Shown in pieces: positions 21,736 to 32,228 of a DNA stretch of 54,092 nt (its first letter is position 1; each line of letters opens with the position of its first letter). Under the pieces are notes generated by a model that was not told the DNA's origin, ran no database searches, and saw only the letters and a list, made by a program, of their open reading frames with translations. The translations under genes were made by a program, and so were the position numbers. The stretch is from Rhodospirillaceae bacterium (GTDB lineage Bacteria; Pseudomonadota; Alphaproteobacteria; Thalassobaculales; Thalassobaculaceae), in contig PAQA01000060.1 in NCBI GenBank assembly GCA_002709155.1, positions 1 to 54,092 on the forward strand, read 5' to 3'.

Positions 21736-22050
21736 AGATTTCACGCACGCTTTGTAGACAACATAGGCATCGATGTTCTGCTTATAGCATGAATTTTGGT
21801 ATATTAAAAAAATTCGGAAGACAGGCACCCAAAACGCGCTAATACGAGGTAATCTTTGAAATAAAAACTATTGTTCTGGATTTATTAGAACTTAGTCACA
21901 AATCTTTGTGCTATTATGATAAAAGTTTTTTTAAATGATTCTTACCCAAACTAACTTGGTATATAGAGAAGTTAAGTTCCAAAACGAGTTGGTTAATTAT
22001 AGAGTTAATAGTATTAGACATAGTACCAAACATTGAATGGAAATACTGGA

Positions 22051-23799
22051 ATGTCCGATATTTCGGCTCCTGAGGGAGTTAAAAATGGTTCTGCCGAAAA
22101 CAAAGGAAATACAAATTTCCAAAGAGGAAGCGGCCAAGGTAGACGTAAGGGGCGCCCTTTCCTAAAGGGCCGTCAGATTGACCCTATAGCGCTTGCTGAA
22201 GTAAAAAACACGCTTGGCCATCGCCCTAGAAAAAGAGAACTGCTGATAGAACACTTACATCTATTCCAAGATAAATTTGGTCATTTGTCTTTAGCTCATC
22301 TGGCGGCGCTTGCCCACGAAATGAAAATGGCGATGGCAGAAGTGTATGAAGTCGCTACCTTTTATGCCCACTTTGATGTTGTCAGAGAAAATGAGCACCC
22401 TCCACCGGCAATCACATTGAGAGTTTGCGATAGCCTCACTTGTTCTATTTTTGGCGCAGAAGGTATTCTCACAGACCTCAATGCCGTATTGGGCAACGAT
22501 TTTCGGGTTGTCCGAGCTCCTTGTATTGGAGCCTGCGATAAAGCTCCCGTCGCAGCTGTTGGACACAATTTGATAGAGAACGTTAACTCAGAAAAGCTGA
22601 TTGCAAATGCCAGAGCAGCATTATCAAACGAACTACCGCACAGAAAAATAAGTCCAATTAAATTGAACGAATATTTGGAGGCAGGTGGATATAAACTATT
22701 AAAAGAATGCCTATCTGGCCAGAGAACCCAGGAAGGGCTAATAGAAGAGTTGGGGAAATCCGCTTTAAGAGGCTTGGGCGGGGCAGGTTTTCCAACATCA
22801 AAGAAATGGGATTTAGTTCGGTCAAATAGTGGTAAAAAAGCCTTAGCTGTGAATGGTGATGAAGGTGAGCCAGGAACCTTCAAAGATCGGCTCTATATGG
22901 AGAGTGATCCTCATAGGACATTGGAAGGGATGCTAATAGCTGCATGGGCTGTGGGAGCGGAAGATTGTTATTTCTATCTCCGCGATGAATATCCTGAGAT
23001 CCGTCATATCCTAGAAGAAGAAATTTCGTGTATAGAAACCGAAGGTTTGGTGGCTCACACAAGAATACACCTTCGGCGCGGCGCCGGAGCTTATATTTGC
23101 GGTGAAGAGTCGGCGATGATCGAGTCTATTGAAGGCAAACGAGGATATCCTAGACACCGACCACCCTACGTCGCTCAAGTGGGAGTTTTTAATCGGCCTA
23201 CATTGGTGAATAATATCGAAACGCTTTTTTGGATAAGAGATATAATTGAAAAGGGTCCAGAATGGTATAATCAACAAGGTAAAGAGAAACACCCCGGATT
23301 TAGAAGTTATTCTGTATCCGGAAGGGTAAAGAAACCAGGAGTTAAAATGGCTCCAGCCGGGACCACTGTTAGGGAGTTAATAGACAACTACTGCGGCGGT
23401 ATGTTGGATGGCCACGCTTTTCATGCCTATCTGCCGGGTGGTGCATCAGGAGGTATTTTACCAGCTAAAATGGGAGATCTACCCCTAGACTTTGGCCAAT
23501 TAGAAAAGTTCGGATGCTTTGTCGGTAGCCATGCCGTTGTTATTTTATCGGATAAAGATTCCGTGAAAGAAGCGGCTCTAAATTTACTTCGCTTCTTTGA
23601 GGACGAAAGTTGTGGCCAGTGCTCCCCATGTCGAGTGGGCACAGAGAAAGCTGTAGCACTTATGAAAGGTGACAAGTGGGACAAGCCACTATTAACAGAA
23701 CTGGCAACCACGATGCGCGACGCATCAATTTGCGGCCTGGGTCAGGCAGCAAGCAATCCACTTACCGCCGTATTACGATTTTTTCCCAACGAAACCTGA
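22051..23799 (+). CDS. fdsB: NAD-dependent formate dehydrogenase diaphorase subunit (fused NuoE-like + NuoF-like)
   Basis: The N-terminal part carries a NuoE-like 2Fe-2S region (CDSLTC...CIGACDKAP). The C-terminal part has the NuoF-like FMN/NAD site (GLGGAGFPT, GDEGEPGTFKDR) and 4Fe-4S ligands (ESCGQCSPCR). The ORF opens with TTG at 22033; the first in-frame ATG is 22051. Confidence 0.8.
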   Translation: MSDISAPEGVKNGSAENKGNTNFQRGSGQGRRKGRPFLKGRQIDPIALAEVKNTLGHRPRKRELLIEHLHLFQDKFGHLSLAHLAALAHEMKMAMAEVYEVATFYAHFDVVRENEHPPPAITLRVCDSLTCSIFGAEGILTDLNAVLGNDFRVVRAPCIGACDKAPVAAVGHNLIENVNSEKLIANARAALSNELPHRKISPIKLNEYLEAGGYKLLKECLSGQRTQEGLIEELGKSALRGLGGAGFPTSKKWDLVRSNSGKKALAVNGDEGEPGTFKDRLYMESDPHRTLEGMLIAAWAVGAEDCYFYLRDEYPEIRHILEEEISCIETEGLVAHTRIHLRRGAGAYICGEESAMIESIEGKRGYPRHRPPYVAQVGVFNRPTLVNNIETLFWIRDIIEKGPEWYNQQGKEKHPGFRSYSVSGRVKKPGVKMAPAGTTVRELIDNYCGGMLDGHAFHAYLPGGASGGILPAKMGDLPLDFGQLEKFGCFVGSHAVVILSDKDSVKEAALNLLRFFEDESCGQCSPCRVGTEKAVALMKGDKWDKPLLTELATTMRDASICGLGQAASNPLTAVLRFFPNET

Positions 23800-23898
23800 T
23801 AAGTCAAGGTGCTTGGAAATTTTATTTATATAATAGATTTAATGGTTTATGATATTGTATCCAAGTAGGCGATGCGTTTTGGGAATAATGAATAAAAT

Positions 23899-26658
23899 AT
23901 GAGTAAACTCATTAACTTTGTTTTGAATGAAAAACCAGTATCGGCTGACGAAACCGAGACTATTTGGGAGATATCTCACCGATTAGGTATCGAAATCCCT
24001 CATCTATGCCACAAGCCTGCGGATAGTTACAGGCCAGATGGAAACTGCCGCGCATGTATGGTGGAAATTGAAGGCGAACGAACTTTAGCAGCATCATGCA
24101 TTCGAAAGCCAACAGAAGGCATGAATATTTCAACAAATTCAGAGCGTGCAAAAAAATCCAGGGAAATGGTATTAGAACTATTAACTGCAGATCAACCAGA
24201 TAGAAAAGTAGCACACGATCCCGATTCCACTTTCTGGAACTTTAATGAAAAAAGGGCAGCATCTCCTAACAGATTTCCGGCACATACAACGCCTAAACCG
24301 GACTCAAGTCATCCGGCTATTGCTGTTAATATGGACGCTTGTATTCAATGTGGTTTGTGCGTTCGAGCCTGCAGGGAAATTCAAGTTAACGATGTAATCG
24401 GGATGGCCGGTCGCGGGCCCAAAGCTCATATTGTTTTTGACCTCGGTGATGATATGGGGGAGAGCACATGCGTAGGTTGCGGAGAGTGTGTCCAAGCATG
24501 CCCTACCGGTGCTTTAATGCCAAAAACGGTTCTAGACGAAAAGGGAGTATTATCCAAAACCCCAGATCGTAAGGTAGATAGTCTTTGTCCATACTGTGGA
24601 GTAGGTTGCCAACTGACTTTCAATATCAAAAATGACGAGATTATCTCAGTTGATGGAAGGGCGGGCCCTGCGAACAGGAGCCGTTTGTGCGTTAAAGGTC
24701 GTTATGGTTTTGATTATGTGCACAACCCGGCACGATTAAATGTTCCCCTTATTCGTAGAGATGACTCTCACAAGACCGCAGAACTACCCAATGACCCCCT
24801 CTCTAATTTCAGGGAAGCAACTTGGGAAGAGGCTCTAGATAAGGCTGCATCGGGCCTATCAGAAATAAGGGATCAAAATGGTGGCAATGCGTTAGCTGGT
24901 TTTGGTTCGGCAAAAGGGTCTAACGAGGAAGCGTATCTAGTTCAAAAGCTAGTAAGAACTGGTTTTGGAACTAACAACGTAGATCATTGCACACGTTTGT
25001 GCCACGCATCGTCGGTCGCCGCTTTGATGGAGACCATTGGTTCTGGTGCAGTGACCGCGCCATTTGCTGAGGCCGAAAACTCTGAGGTAATCATCGTTAT
25101 TGGAGCAAACCCGACTGTAAACCATCCGGTCGCGGCTACATTTATTAAAAATGCTACCAAAGCCGGGTCGACACTGATCGTTATGGACCCAAGAGGACAG
25201 GCTTTAAGTCGTCACGCTACACATATGATACAATTCAAGCCAAGCTCAGATGTAGCCATGTTGAATGGTATGATCAACACAATCATAGGAGAAAGCTTGT
25301 ATGATCAGCAATACGTAGATGGTTTTACGGAAGGTTTTGAAGAACTCAAAAACAGCACTAAAGAATTTACCCCGGAACGAATGTCAGCCATTTGTGGAAT
25401 TGAACCTGATACCATTAGAAAAATGGCTCGCATATACGCTAAAGCAGAAAGTGCTTTGATTTTTTGGGGAATGGGCGTGTCTCAGCACACTCATGGAACA
25501 GATAATGCACGATGCCTAATTTCTCTTGCATTGATCTGTGGACATGTTGGACGGGCTGGTTCGGGTTTGCACCCATTACGCGGACAGAATAACGTTCAGG
25601 GAGCGTCAGACGCAGGTCTTATCCCAATGTTTTATCCCGATTACAAACCCGTGGGAGACGATAACCAGATCAATAGATGGGAGAGCTTTTGGGGAACTCA
25701 GCTCGATCATGAAAAAGGTCTCACTGTCGTCGAGATTACCGAGGCAATGTATGATCGACAAGTTAAAGGCGCATATGTAATGGGTGAAAATCCAGCGATG
25801 AGCGATCCCGACCAAAACCACACCCGGGAAGCATTGTCTCGTCTAGAACACTTAGTAGTACAAGATATATTCATGACAGAAACCGCGGCGTACGCCGATG
25901 TTATTTTGCCTGCCTCTGCATTTCCAGAAAAAGACGGCACGTTCACAAATACAGATCGCAGAGTTCAGATGGGGCGGAAGGCAATTGATCCACCAGGGCG
26001 CGCAAAACAGGATTGGTGGATTATTCAAGAGCTTGCTAACAGAATGGGTTTAAATTGGAAGTACTCACACCCAAGTGATGTCTTCTCTGAGATGCAGCAA
26101 ATGATGCCATCATTAAATGGAATTACGTGGGATAGGCTTCTTAGAGAAAGCGCTGTCACATACCCCTGTGCTGATGAAAATTCCATTGGGGAAAGTATCA
26201 TTTTTGCTGATGGCTATCCAACAGCATCTGGTCGAGGAAAGCTCGTTCCCTGCGATATTCTTCCACCCGACGAACAACCTGATACGGACTTCCCATTTAT
26301 CCTAACAACAGGAAGGTTATTAGAGCATTGGCATACTGGAGCGATGACCAGAAGAGCTAGTGTTTTGGATACAATTGAGCCAGAACCTTTTGCCCATATA
26401 AGCCCAACAGATCTCGTTAAATGGTCAATAAAACCTGGTGAAAAGGTTCGAGTAGCAACAAAACGTGGAATGATAGAACTCTCAGCTCGAAGCGATATAG
26501 GAGTTCCTGATGGGGTGATTTTTATACCATTTTGTTATAGTGAGGCAGCCGTAAATTTTCTCACTAATCCAGCATTAGATCCCTTTGGAAAAATCCCCGA
26601 ATTAAAATTCAGCGCAGCCTCCCTTCAAAAAGTAGATCAATATGTCGCCGCTGAATGA
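23899..26658 (+). CDS. fdsA: Formate dehydrogenase catalytic (molybdopterin) subunit, Cys type
   Basis: 919 aa. N-terminal 2Fe-2S/4Fe-4S ferredoxin modules (CIQCGLCVRAC, CVGCGECVQACP, CPYCGVGC) and a Mo-bisPGD domain with CTRLCHASS. No in-frame TGA. Confidence 0.9.
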   Translation: MSKLINFVLNEKPVSADETETIWEISHRLGIEIPHLCHKPADSYRPDGNCRACMVEIEGERTLAASCIRKPTEGMNISTNSERAKKSREMVLELLTADQPDRKVAHDPDSTFWNFNEKRAASPNRFPAHTTPKPDSSHPAIAVNMDACIQCGLCVRACREIQVNDVIGMAGRGPKAHIVFDLGDDMGESTCVGCGECVQACPTGALMPKTVLDEKGVLSKTPDRKVDSLCPYCGVGCQLTFNIKNDEIISVDGRAGPANRSRLCVKGRYGFDYVHNPARLNVPLIRRDDSHKTAELPNDPLSNFREATWEEALDKAASGLSEIRDQNGGNALAGFGSAKGSNEEAYLVQKLVRTGFGTNNVDHCTRLCHASSVAALMETIGSGAVTAPFAEAENSEVIIVIGANPTVNHPVAATFIKNATKAGSTLIVMDPRGQALSRHATHMIQFKPSSDVAMLNGMINTIIGESLYDQQYVDGFTEGFEELKNSTKEFTPERMSAICGIEPDTIRKMARIYAKAESALIFWGMGVSQHTHGTDNARCLISLALICGHVGRAGSGLHPLRGQNNVQGASDAGLIPMFYPDYKPVGDDNQINRWESFWGTQLDHEKGLTVVEITEAMYDRQVKGAYVMGENPAMSDPDQNHTREALSRLEHLVVQDIFMTETAAYADVILPASAFPEKDGTFTNTDRRVQMGRKAIDPPGRAKQDWWIIQELANRMGLNWKYSHPSDVFSEMQQMMPSLNGITWDRLLRESAVTYPCADENSIGESIIFADGYPTASGRGKLVPCDILPPDEQPDTDFPFILTTGRLLEHWHTGAMTRRASVLDTIEPEPFAHISPTDLVKWSIKPGEKVRVATKRGMIELSARSDIGVPDGVIFIPFCYSEAAVNFLTNPALDPFGKIPELKFSAASLQKVDQYVAAE

Positions 26659-26717
26659 TAATTAGAACGTCATTCAAATAACTTATCGAAAATTGAATTA
26701 AGTTTGGATAATATACG

Positions 26718-27173
26718 ATGTCTATAACTTATTTAGGCTATTTTTTTATTGCTTTGGTAATTGGTTGCGGGGGGCCCGTTCAAGCGGGAATTAATAGCAC
26801 TTTAGCCAAAACTCTGGGGCACCCATTACTTGGAGCTATTACGAATACTACAATTGCGACACTTGTTATTTTTATTGTGATGATAACGTTCCGCGTTCCA
26901 TTACCATCTATAAAGACAATTTCCAGCGCACCATGGTGGGCTTGGCTTGGTGGTTTTATTGGTGCTTTTGCTGTTTTCGGCGCCCTAAATTATGCCCCTA
27001 AAATGGGGGCCGCTGCTTATGTCTCCGTGACCATTTTAGGAATAGTTAGTGCCTCCTTATTACTGGATCATTTTGGCGCGATAGGTTTTCAAAAGAACCC
27101 AATCACTGTATCCAAACTATTCGGCGCAGCACTAGTTGTCTGCGGCATGACTATAATACAATTTCAGCGGTGA
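26718..27173 (+). CDS. Small DMT-superfamily membrane protein (DUF606/YdcZ-like)
   Basis: 151 aa with 5 hydrophobic helices. Pattern similar to the half-size EamA-like family. Confidence 0.55.
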   Translation: MSITYLGYFFIALVIGCGGPVQAGINSTLAKTLGHPLLGAITNTTIATLVIFIVMITFRVPLPSIKTISSAPWWAWLGGFIGAFAVFGALNYAPKMGAAAYVSVTILGIVSASLLLDHFGAIGFQKNPITVSKLFGAALVVCGMTIIQFQR

Positions 27174-27182
27174 TATCGTTAA

Positions 27183-27902
27183 ATGGTCTCAAACAACTCA
27201 ATTCTTGGTCTTAACAGCTTTCTAACCTGCATCGACGACAGCAGAATAAAGAGGCTTACAATTGGTCCATACTGGATAGTAGTCGAAGCGGAATGCGGGA
27301 CTGGGTTGGTTGCCAACCCTCAAACCAAGATATCGACGGATTCAGTTAGACAATATCAAAGAAGATTTGGTGGTAGCTCACTGTACCAACTCGCATTACG
27401 TGTAAAATCAGAAGAATTAATCGAGCGCGCTATCGGATGCGCTGCGATCAATGCCAACACTAATCATTATGGATTAAAGTTAACCCAAGATAACGGGCTT
27501 AGTTTGCCTGATAAGAAAGGAGAAAAAATAGTAGTTGTTGGCCGCTTCCCCAATTTGGAACAAAAACTCCCAACTGCTATCGTATTAGAGCGAAACCCTG
27601 GCCCGGGAGATCTTCCCGAGCATGAAGCGCCAAACGTAATACCTGGCTGCACACAACTCATAATAACCGCATCCACTTGGGTGAATGGAAGCTTACCTGG
27701 TTTACTAAAATTAGTCGATAAAGCGCATGTCAGCTTAATTGGTCCCGGCACCCCATTTGCTCCGGCATTAAAACAATATGGAATCCATAAGCTAGCTGGA
27801 TTTTTGGTTCAGAAGCCTGATGAGCTATCGCGACTTATTGAAAACGGAGCGGGGGTTCGACAATTTAAACATCTAGGCGTTTTTGGAGTGTTGGAGCTTT
27901 AA
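27183..27902 (+). CDS. DUF4213/DUF364-type Rossmann-like protein (putative chelation/cofactor-handling family)
   Basis: 239 aa. KIVVVGRFPNLEQ ... LIITASTWVNGSLPGLL pattern, as remembered for DUF364. Confidence 0.45.
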   Translation: MVSNNSILGLNSFLTCIDDSRIKRLTIGPYWIVVEAECGTGLVANPQTKISTDSVRQYQRRFGGSSLYQLALRVKSEELIERAIGCAAINANTNHYGLKLTQDNGLSLPDKKGEKIVVVGRFPNLEQKLPTAIVLERNPGPGDLPEHEAPNVIPGCTQLIITASTWVNGSLPGLLKLVDKAHVSLIGPGTPFAPALKQYGIHKLAGFLVQKPDELSRLIENGAGVRQFKHLGVFGVLEL

Positions 27903-27910
27903 TTTGATTA

Positions 27911-29302
27911 TTAAATTTCACCATCATTTTTAAGCATTCTTATCGCTTCGTTAAATGCTTCTGTGGTGAATTCCAAGTCTTCCTGTGTGTGGCTAGCACT
28001 CAACTGAGCGCCGGGTGAATTATTAAAATCCACCCCATTAATTGCCATTGCCAAACGAAGTTTAGTAATCAGGTCCTTATCTTTACTTTTTAAATCCGCA
28101 TACCCGATCTCATTTGGATTAAATGTTGATTGATTTATAGTTTGACCATTTTTATTCATATATAAATGAACGCCAGAAAATGTTCCGTATGCAGCCCAAG
28201 GAACATTATGTTTTTCTAAAATATTATTAAAATTTTGGCGCAATATTGCAGCAGAATTATTGGCTTCTTCACAAGCATCCGTTTGCTCAATAATTTTAAG
28301 TGCGGCTATGCCAGCAGCAGCTGAAACGGGGTTTGCATTAAAGGTACCCGGATGCCCAATTTTTTCTCTCCCTTTAGCCGCTGCTCGCTCAAAGTCCAAA
28401 TCGTCTAGAATATCTTTACGCCCCGCAACTGCGCCTCCAGGAAGCCCTCCAGCAAGTATCTTTGCTAGTGTTGTTAGATCAGGCTTTATATCAAAAGCCT
28501 GCTGCGCCCCTCCAGGAGAACAACGAAAACCAGTAACGACCTCGTCAAAAATAAAAATTACACCCTGCTCTTCTGTAAATTTGCGCACCGACTGGAGAAA
28601 TTCTTGTGTCATTGGGACCATTCCAAATGAAGACCCCGTAGGCTCTACAATTACAGCAGCTATGTCGTTATCTGATTTTAAAACGCTTTTAATTTCTGAA
28701 ATATCTTGCGGGGATACGAGCACGACGTTATCAGCTACACCATCAATTACTCCCGCCGTAGCTCCTCCGTCAAAATGGCTCGTGTAACCGGCGGTCATAT
28801 GATCATGCCAACCGTGAAAATGTGTTTTAAATCGTACGAATTTATTCTTTCCAGTGAAAGACCGAGCAAGCCTTAAGGCCATCAGTGTCGCTTCGGTTCC
28901 TGACGAAGTGAACCGAACACGTTCTGCTGAAGGGACCATCTTTATAACCTGATCTGCCCACTCCACTTCACGGGGATGATTAGCTCCAAACTGAGTTCCC
29001 AATGCTAAAGCATTTTGAACCGCTGTAGTAACCTCCGGGTGGCAATGACCAAGCAATAAAGCACCATGACCTCCGAAATAATCTATATATCGATTTCCAT
29101 CAACGTCCCACTTATGCGGTCCAAAGGCTTTATCTATATACAAAGCGTAAGGCTTCAAATAGCGCGAGTCGTGGGCTATACCGCTAGGGAGAACACTCTG
29201 TGCCTCACTTGCCAATTTCTCTGAACCAGGAGTTTTTTCTATATACGAGCCTATTATCTTGGAATTGGACAGTATCTGATCGGGCATCGGTTCAACCTTC
29301 AA
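27911..29302 (-). CDS. Class-III PLP aminotransferase (GSA-aminomutase-like)
   Basis: FIFDEVVTGFR and DLTTLAKILAGGLPGGA (PLP Lys) motifs. The start is either TTG at 29302 or ATG at 29287. Confidence 0.85.
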   Translation of the reverse strand: MKVEPMPDQILSNSKIIGSYIEKTPGSEKLASEAQSVLPSGIAHDSRYLKPYALYIDKAFGPHKWDVDGNRYIDYFGGHGALLLGHCHPEVTTAVQNALALGTQFGANHPREVEWADQVIKMVPSAERVRFTSSGTEATLMALRLARSFTGKNKFVRFKTHFHGWHDHMTAGYTSHFDGGATAGVIDGVADNVVLVSPQDISEIKSVLKSDNDIAAVIVEPTGSSFGMVPMTQEFLQSVRKFTEEQGVIFIFDEVVTGFRCSPGGAQQAFDIKPDLTTLAKILAGGLPGGAVAGRKDILDDLDFERAAAKGREKIGHPGTFNANPVSAAAGIAALKIIEQTDACEEANNSAAILRQNFNNILEKHNVPWAAYGTFSGVHLYMNKNGQTINQSTFNPNEIGYADLKSKDKDLITKLRLAMAINGVDFNNSPGAQLSASHTQEDLEFTTEAFNEAIRMLKNDGEI

Positions 29303-29734
29303 TTTTTATATATTATAAATCTCCGTATAATTACTCATATAGCAAACCAAAAAAGTTGCAAGTCATCAACGCCATTGATCCGTCTCAATTAGATCATTAA
29401 CACAACCGTTATCTTCAAAAACTAGAAAATGTCCAACACATATTTCACGCTAGTCACAACTAGCCAACAGGCTAATTACACGATCGAAACCTGGCTATTC
29501 AAAAATAAGGTGCGATGCAGAAATACTTTGGAAATATTCTATTTCCTTTAATTTTTTTGATATAGGCAAACCTCTCCTCATTCCAGATACTTACACGATT
29601 TGCAATACTACTTTTTTATAAAACCCGATTGATATGCCAATCAAAAAAATGTGATGGTCATTTTTAAAGATCGTTGAAGAAAACATTTTAATTCAATATT
29701 TACCCATATTTATCAAAGTGAATGGGCTGAGATA

Positions 29735-30916
29735 ATGACAAACAAGCAAAACTCCAAGACGCATATCAGCAACTTTTATGCAGCTATAGGAGACCGGCTC
29801 ATCCATTTTAATGCCAACATTGATACTGGTAAGCTTAAACAAAATGGTTCTTTACGATTTGGATTGAATATCCAATATGTTTGGAGTCATCCCAACTTAG
29901 GTATTATTTATTTGGCGCTCAGTAATGGCAGTCCGGGAAATAAAGGAACCGAACATAAACTTTGTGCATGTAATCTAAATGCAAAAGATGGGACTATAGA
30001 AGATATTATTAATTCGGTAACCCTTCCCTATCGCCCCCTTCATTTGTCAATTGATCATCAAAAAAAACACGCATTGGTCGCTTATAATAACCCATGTTTT
30101 ATTTCCGTTCATCAACTTGAATCAAGTGGTGCGATTAGTTCATTAATAAAACAAGATATCAATCTTGATGAAGGGATCTTTGGCCACCAAATAATGGCGA
30201 CCCCTGATGGGAAGGAAGTGTTATTTGCCTGTAGGGGCTTTGACGCGCTTGACGGCCAGCCTGAGCAACCAGGCGCTTTGAAAGTCTTCGATTACGAGGA
30301 TGGAAAACTTTCGTTTAAGCACTCTATCGCGCCAAACTGTGGGATAGGATTTGGTGCTAGACATTTAGATTTTCATCAAAATAAAAATTGGGTTTATCTA
30401 GCTGTGGAGCGGCAGAGTGAGATTCATTTTTTGCGAATTTGTGAGAATGCAACTAACAAAATCATTGAACAAAAAGTTTCGACCCTCTCACAAGATGTTC
30501 AACCTGGCGTCCGACAAGCTGCTTCCGCTATTCATATCCACCCCAATGGAAATTTCGTTTATGTATCCAACAGAGCCTATTTGGCAGAAAAATGCTCCCC
30601 TGAACAAATACTCCCTGATGGGGAAGACAGCATAGCTGTTTTTAAAATTAATAAGGAGACCGGCAGAGTCAATCTCATAGATAGCGTCGATACCAATGGT
30701 TCGCTCCCAAGGACTTTTTCAATTGATCCAAGTGGCCGACTACTGATTGCAGCTAATTCTGAACCCGCGCGTAAAAAGAATAAATTAGGGCAGGTAAGAG
30801 ACTTACCAGTCAGCTTAAGTCTATTCAAAATCGGCGGTGATGGTAAATTAGAGCAAAGTGAAAATTTGGCTTTTTTAAATGAAGATCAATTATTATTTTG
30901 GGCAGGCTTTCTATAG
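29735..30916 (+). CDS. Seven-bladed beta-propeller lactonase (6-phosphogluconolactonase/Pgl-type family)
   Basis: 393 aa. Repeated blade signatures (HLSIDHQKKHALVAYN, HIHPNGNFVYVSNR, FSIDPSGRLLIAANS). Confidence 0.7.
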   Translation: MTNKQNSKTHISNFYAAIGDRLIHFNANIDTGKLKQNGSLRFGLNIQYVWSHPNLGIIYLALSNGSPGNKGTEHKLCACNLNAKDGTIEDIINSVTLPYRPLHLSIDHQKKHALVAYNNPCFISVHQLESSGAISSLIKQDINLDEGIFGHQIMATPDGKEVLFACRGFDALDGQPEQPGALKVFDYEDGKLSFKHSIAPNCGIGFGARHLDFHQNKNWVYLAVERQSEIHFLRICENATNKIIEQKVSTLSQDVQPGVRQAASAIHIHPNGNFVYVSNRAYLAEKCSPEQILPDGEDSIAVFKINKETGRVNLIDSVDTNGSLPRTFSIDPSGRLLIAANSEPARKKNKLGQVRDLPVSLSLFKIGGDGKLEQSENLAFLNEDQLLFWAGFL

Positions 30917-31054
30917 CCGCCAAACTTTAGATGACAGTTCTCTATAATTAAATGCAACTATCAGAATACGGATTCTCAAATTATCAACCTAGGCTGGTAA
31001 TTGTCCCTAGAGGAGTGGTACCCTATCAAAAGAAAAAAAGGAGTCGTTAAATCA

Positions 31055-32224
31055 ATGAGTATAAATGGAAAAGCGTATATCGCTGGTGTCTATGAGCACC
31101 CAACAAGAAAAGCAGTGGATAAATCCCTAGCTCAATTACATGCCGAATCCGCGATGGGCGCCCTAGCGGACGCGGGCCTAACAAAAGACGATGTCGACGG
31201 TTATTTTTGTGCAGGTGATGCACCCGGACTTGGCCCACTATCTTTAGTAGACTACATGGGGCTTAACCTCAAGCATATGGATGCGACAGAGACTGGCGGA
31301 TCATCTTATGTATTACATGTGGGGCATGCGGCTGAGGCCATAGCGATGGGAAAATGTTCGGTCGCTCTTATTACTTTAGCTGGACGTCCGCGTGCCGAAG
31401 GCATGGCAACAGGAACAGCCCCGAGAAATTATGGTTCATCCGCGCCAGATGTCGCATTTGAATTTCCATTTGGACCTACGGTTGTGAATATGTACGCTAT
31501 GTGCGCACAACGGCATATGTATGAATATGGAACCACGAGCGAACAATTAGCATGGATTAAAGTAGCAGCTTCGCATCATGCTCAATATAATGAACATGCA
31601 ATGCTTCGTAACGTTGTAACGGTTGACGAGGTAGTAAATTCACCAATGATCTCTGACCCCCTTCACCGTCTTGATTGTTGTGTAATTAGTGATGGCGGTG
31701 GTGCAATAATTGTAACATCTCCCGAAGTAGCAAAATCGTTGAAACGCCCCCTTGTGAAAGTATTGGGAGCTGGAGAAGCTCCAAAACATCAAATGGGCGG
31801 TAAGATTGATCTAACTTACTCAGGTGCACGTTGGTCAGGGCCACTTGCTTTTGAAGAAGCCGGAGTAAAACCCAGCGATATGAAATATGCATCCATTTAC
31901 GATAGTTTTACTATTACTGTTCTCATGCAATTAGAGGATTTGGGCTTTTGCGAGAAGGGTGAAGGTGGAAAATTTGTATCAGATGGAAATTTAATTGCCG
32001 GAACTGGAAAACTACCATTCAATACTGATGGTGGTGGCCTTTGTAACAACCATCCTGCCAACCGGGGTGGATTGACTAAAGTTATAGAAGCAGTTCGTCA
32101 ATTACGAGGCGAAGCCCACCACAAAGTTCAAGTGCCTAATTGTGATTTAGCGCTAGCACATGGTACTGGGGGCTCACTCGGTACTCGACATGGCAGTGCG
32201 ACAGTGATTATGGAACGGGAGTAA
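31055..32224 (+). CDS. SCP-x/nonspecific-lipid-transfer type thiolase-like protein
   Basis: Thiolase fold (CCVISDGGGAIIV, NTDGGGL, AHGTGG). AAAGGAG lies upstream of the ATG at 31055; the listed ORF opens at 31001. Confidence 0.8.
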   Translation: MSINGKAYIAGVYEHPTRKAVDKSLAQLHAESAMGALADAGLTKDDVDGYFCAGDAPGLGPLSLVDYMGLNLKHMDATETGGSSYVLHVGHAAEAIAMGKCSVALITLAGRPRAEGMATGTAPRNYGSSAPDVAFEFPFGPTVVNMYAMCAQRHMYEYGTTSEQLAWIKVAASHHAQYNEHAMLRNVVTVDEVVNSPMISDPLHRLDCCVISDGGGAIIVTSPEVAKSLKRPLVKVLGAGEAPKHQMGGKIDLTYSGARWSGPLAFEEAGVKPSDMKYASIYDSFTITVLMQLEDLGFCEKGEGGKFVSDGNLIAGTGKLPFNTDGGGLCNNHPANRGGLTKVIEAVRQLRGEAHHKVQVPNCDLALAHGTGGSLGTRHGSATVIMERE

Positions 32225-32228
32225 TTAA

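Noticed and set aside
23899-26658. Possible selenocysteine (in-frame TGA plus SECIS) in the formate dehydrogenase catalytic subunit
   Set aside because: The ORF is uninterrupted, and the active-site position reads Cys (CTRLCHASS). This is a Cys-type enzyme.
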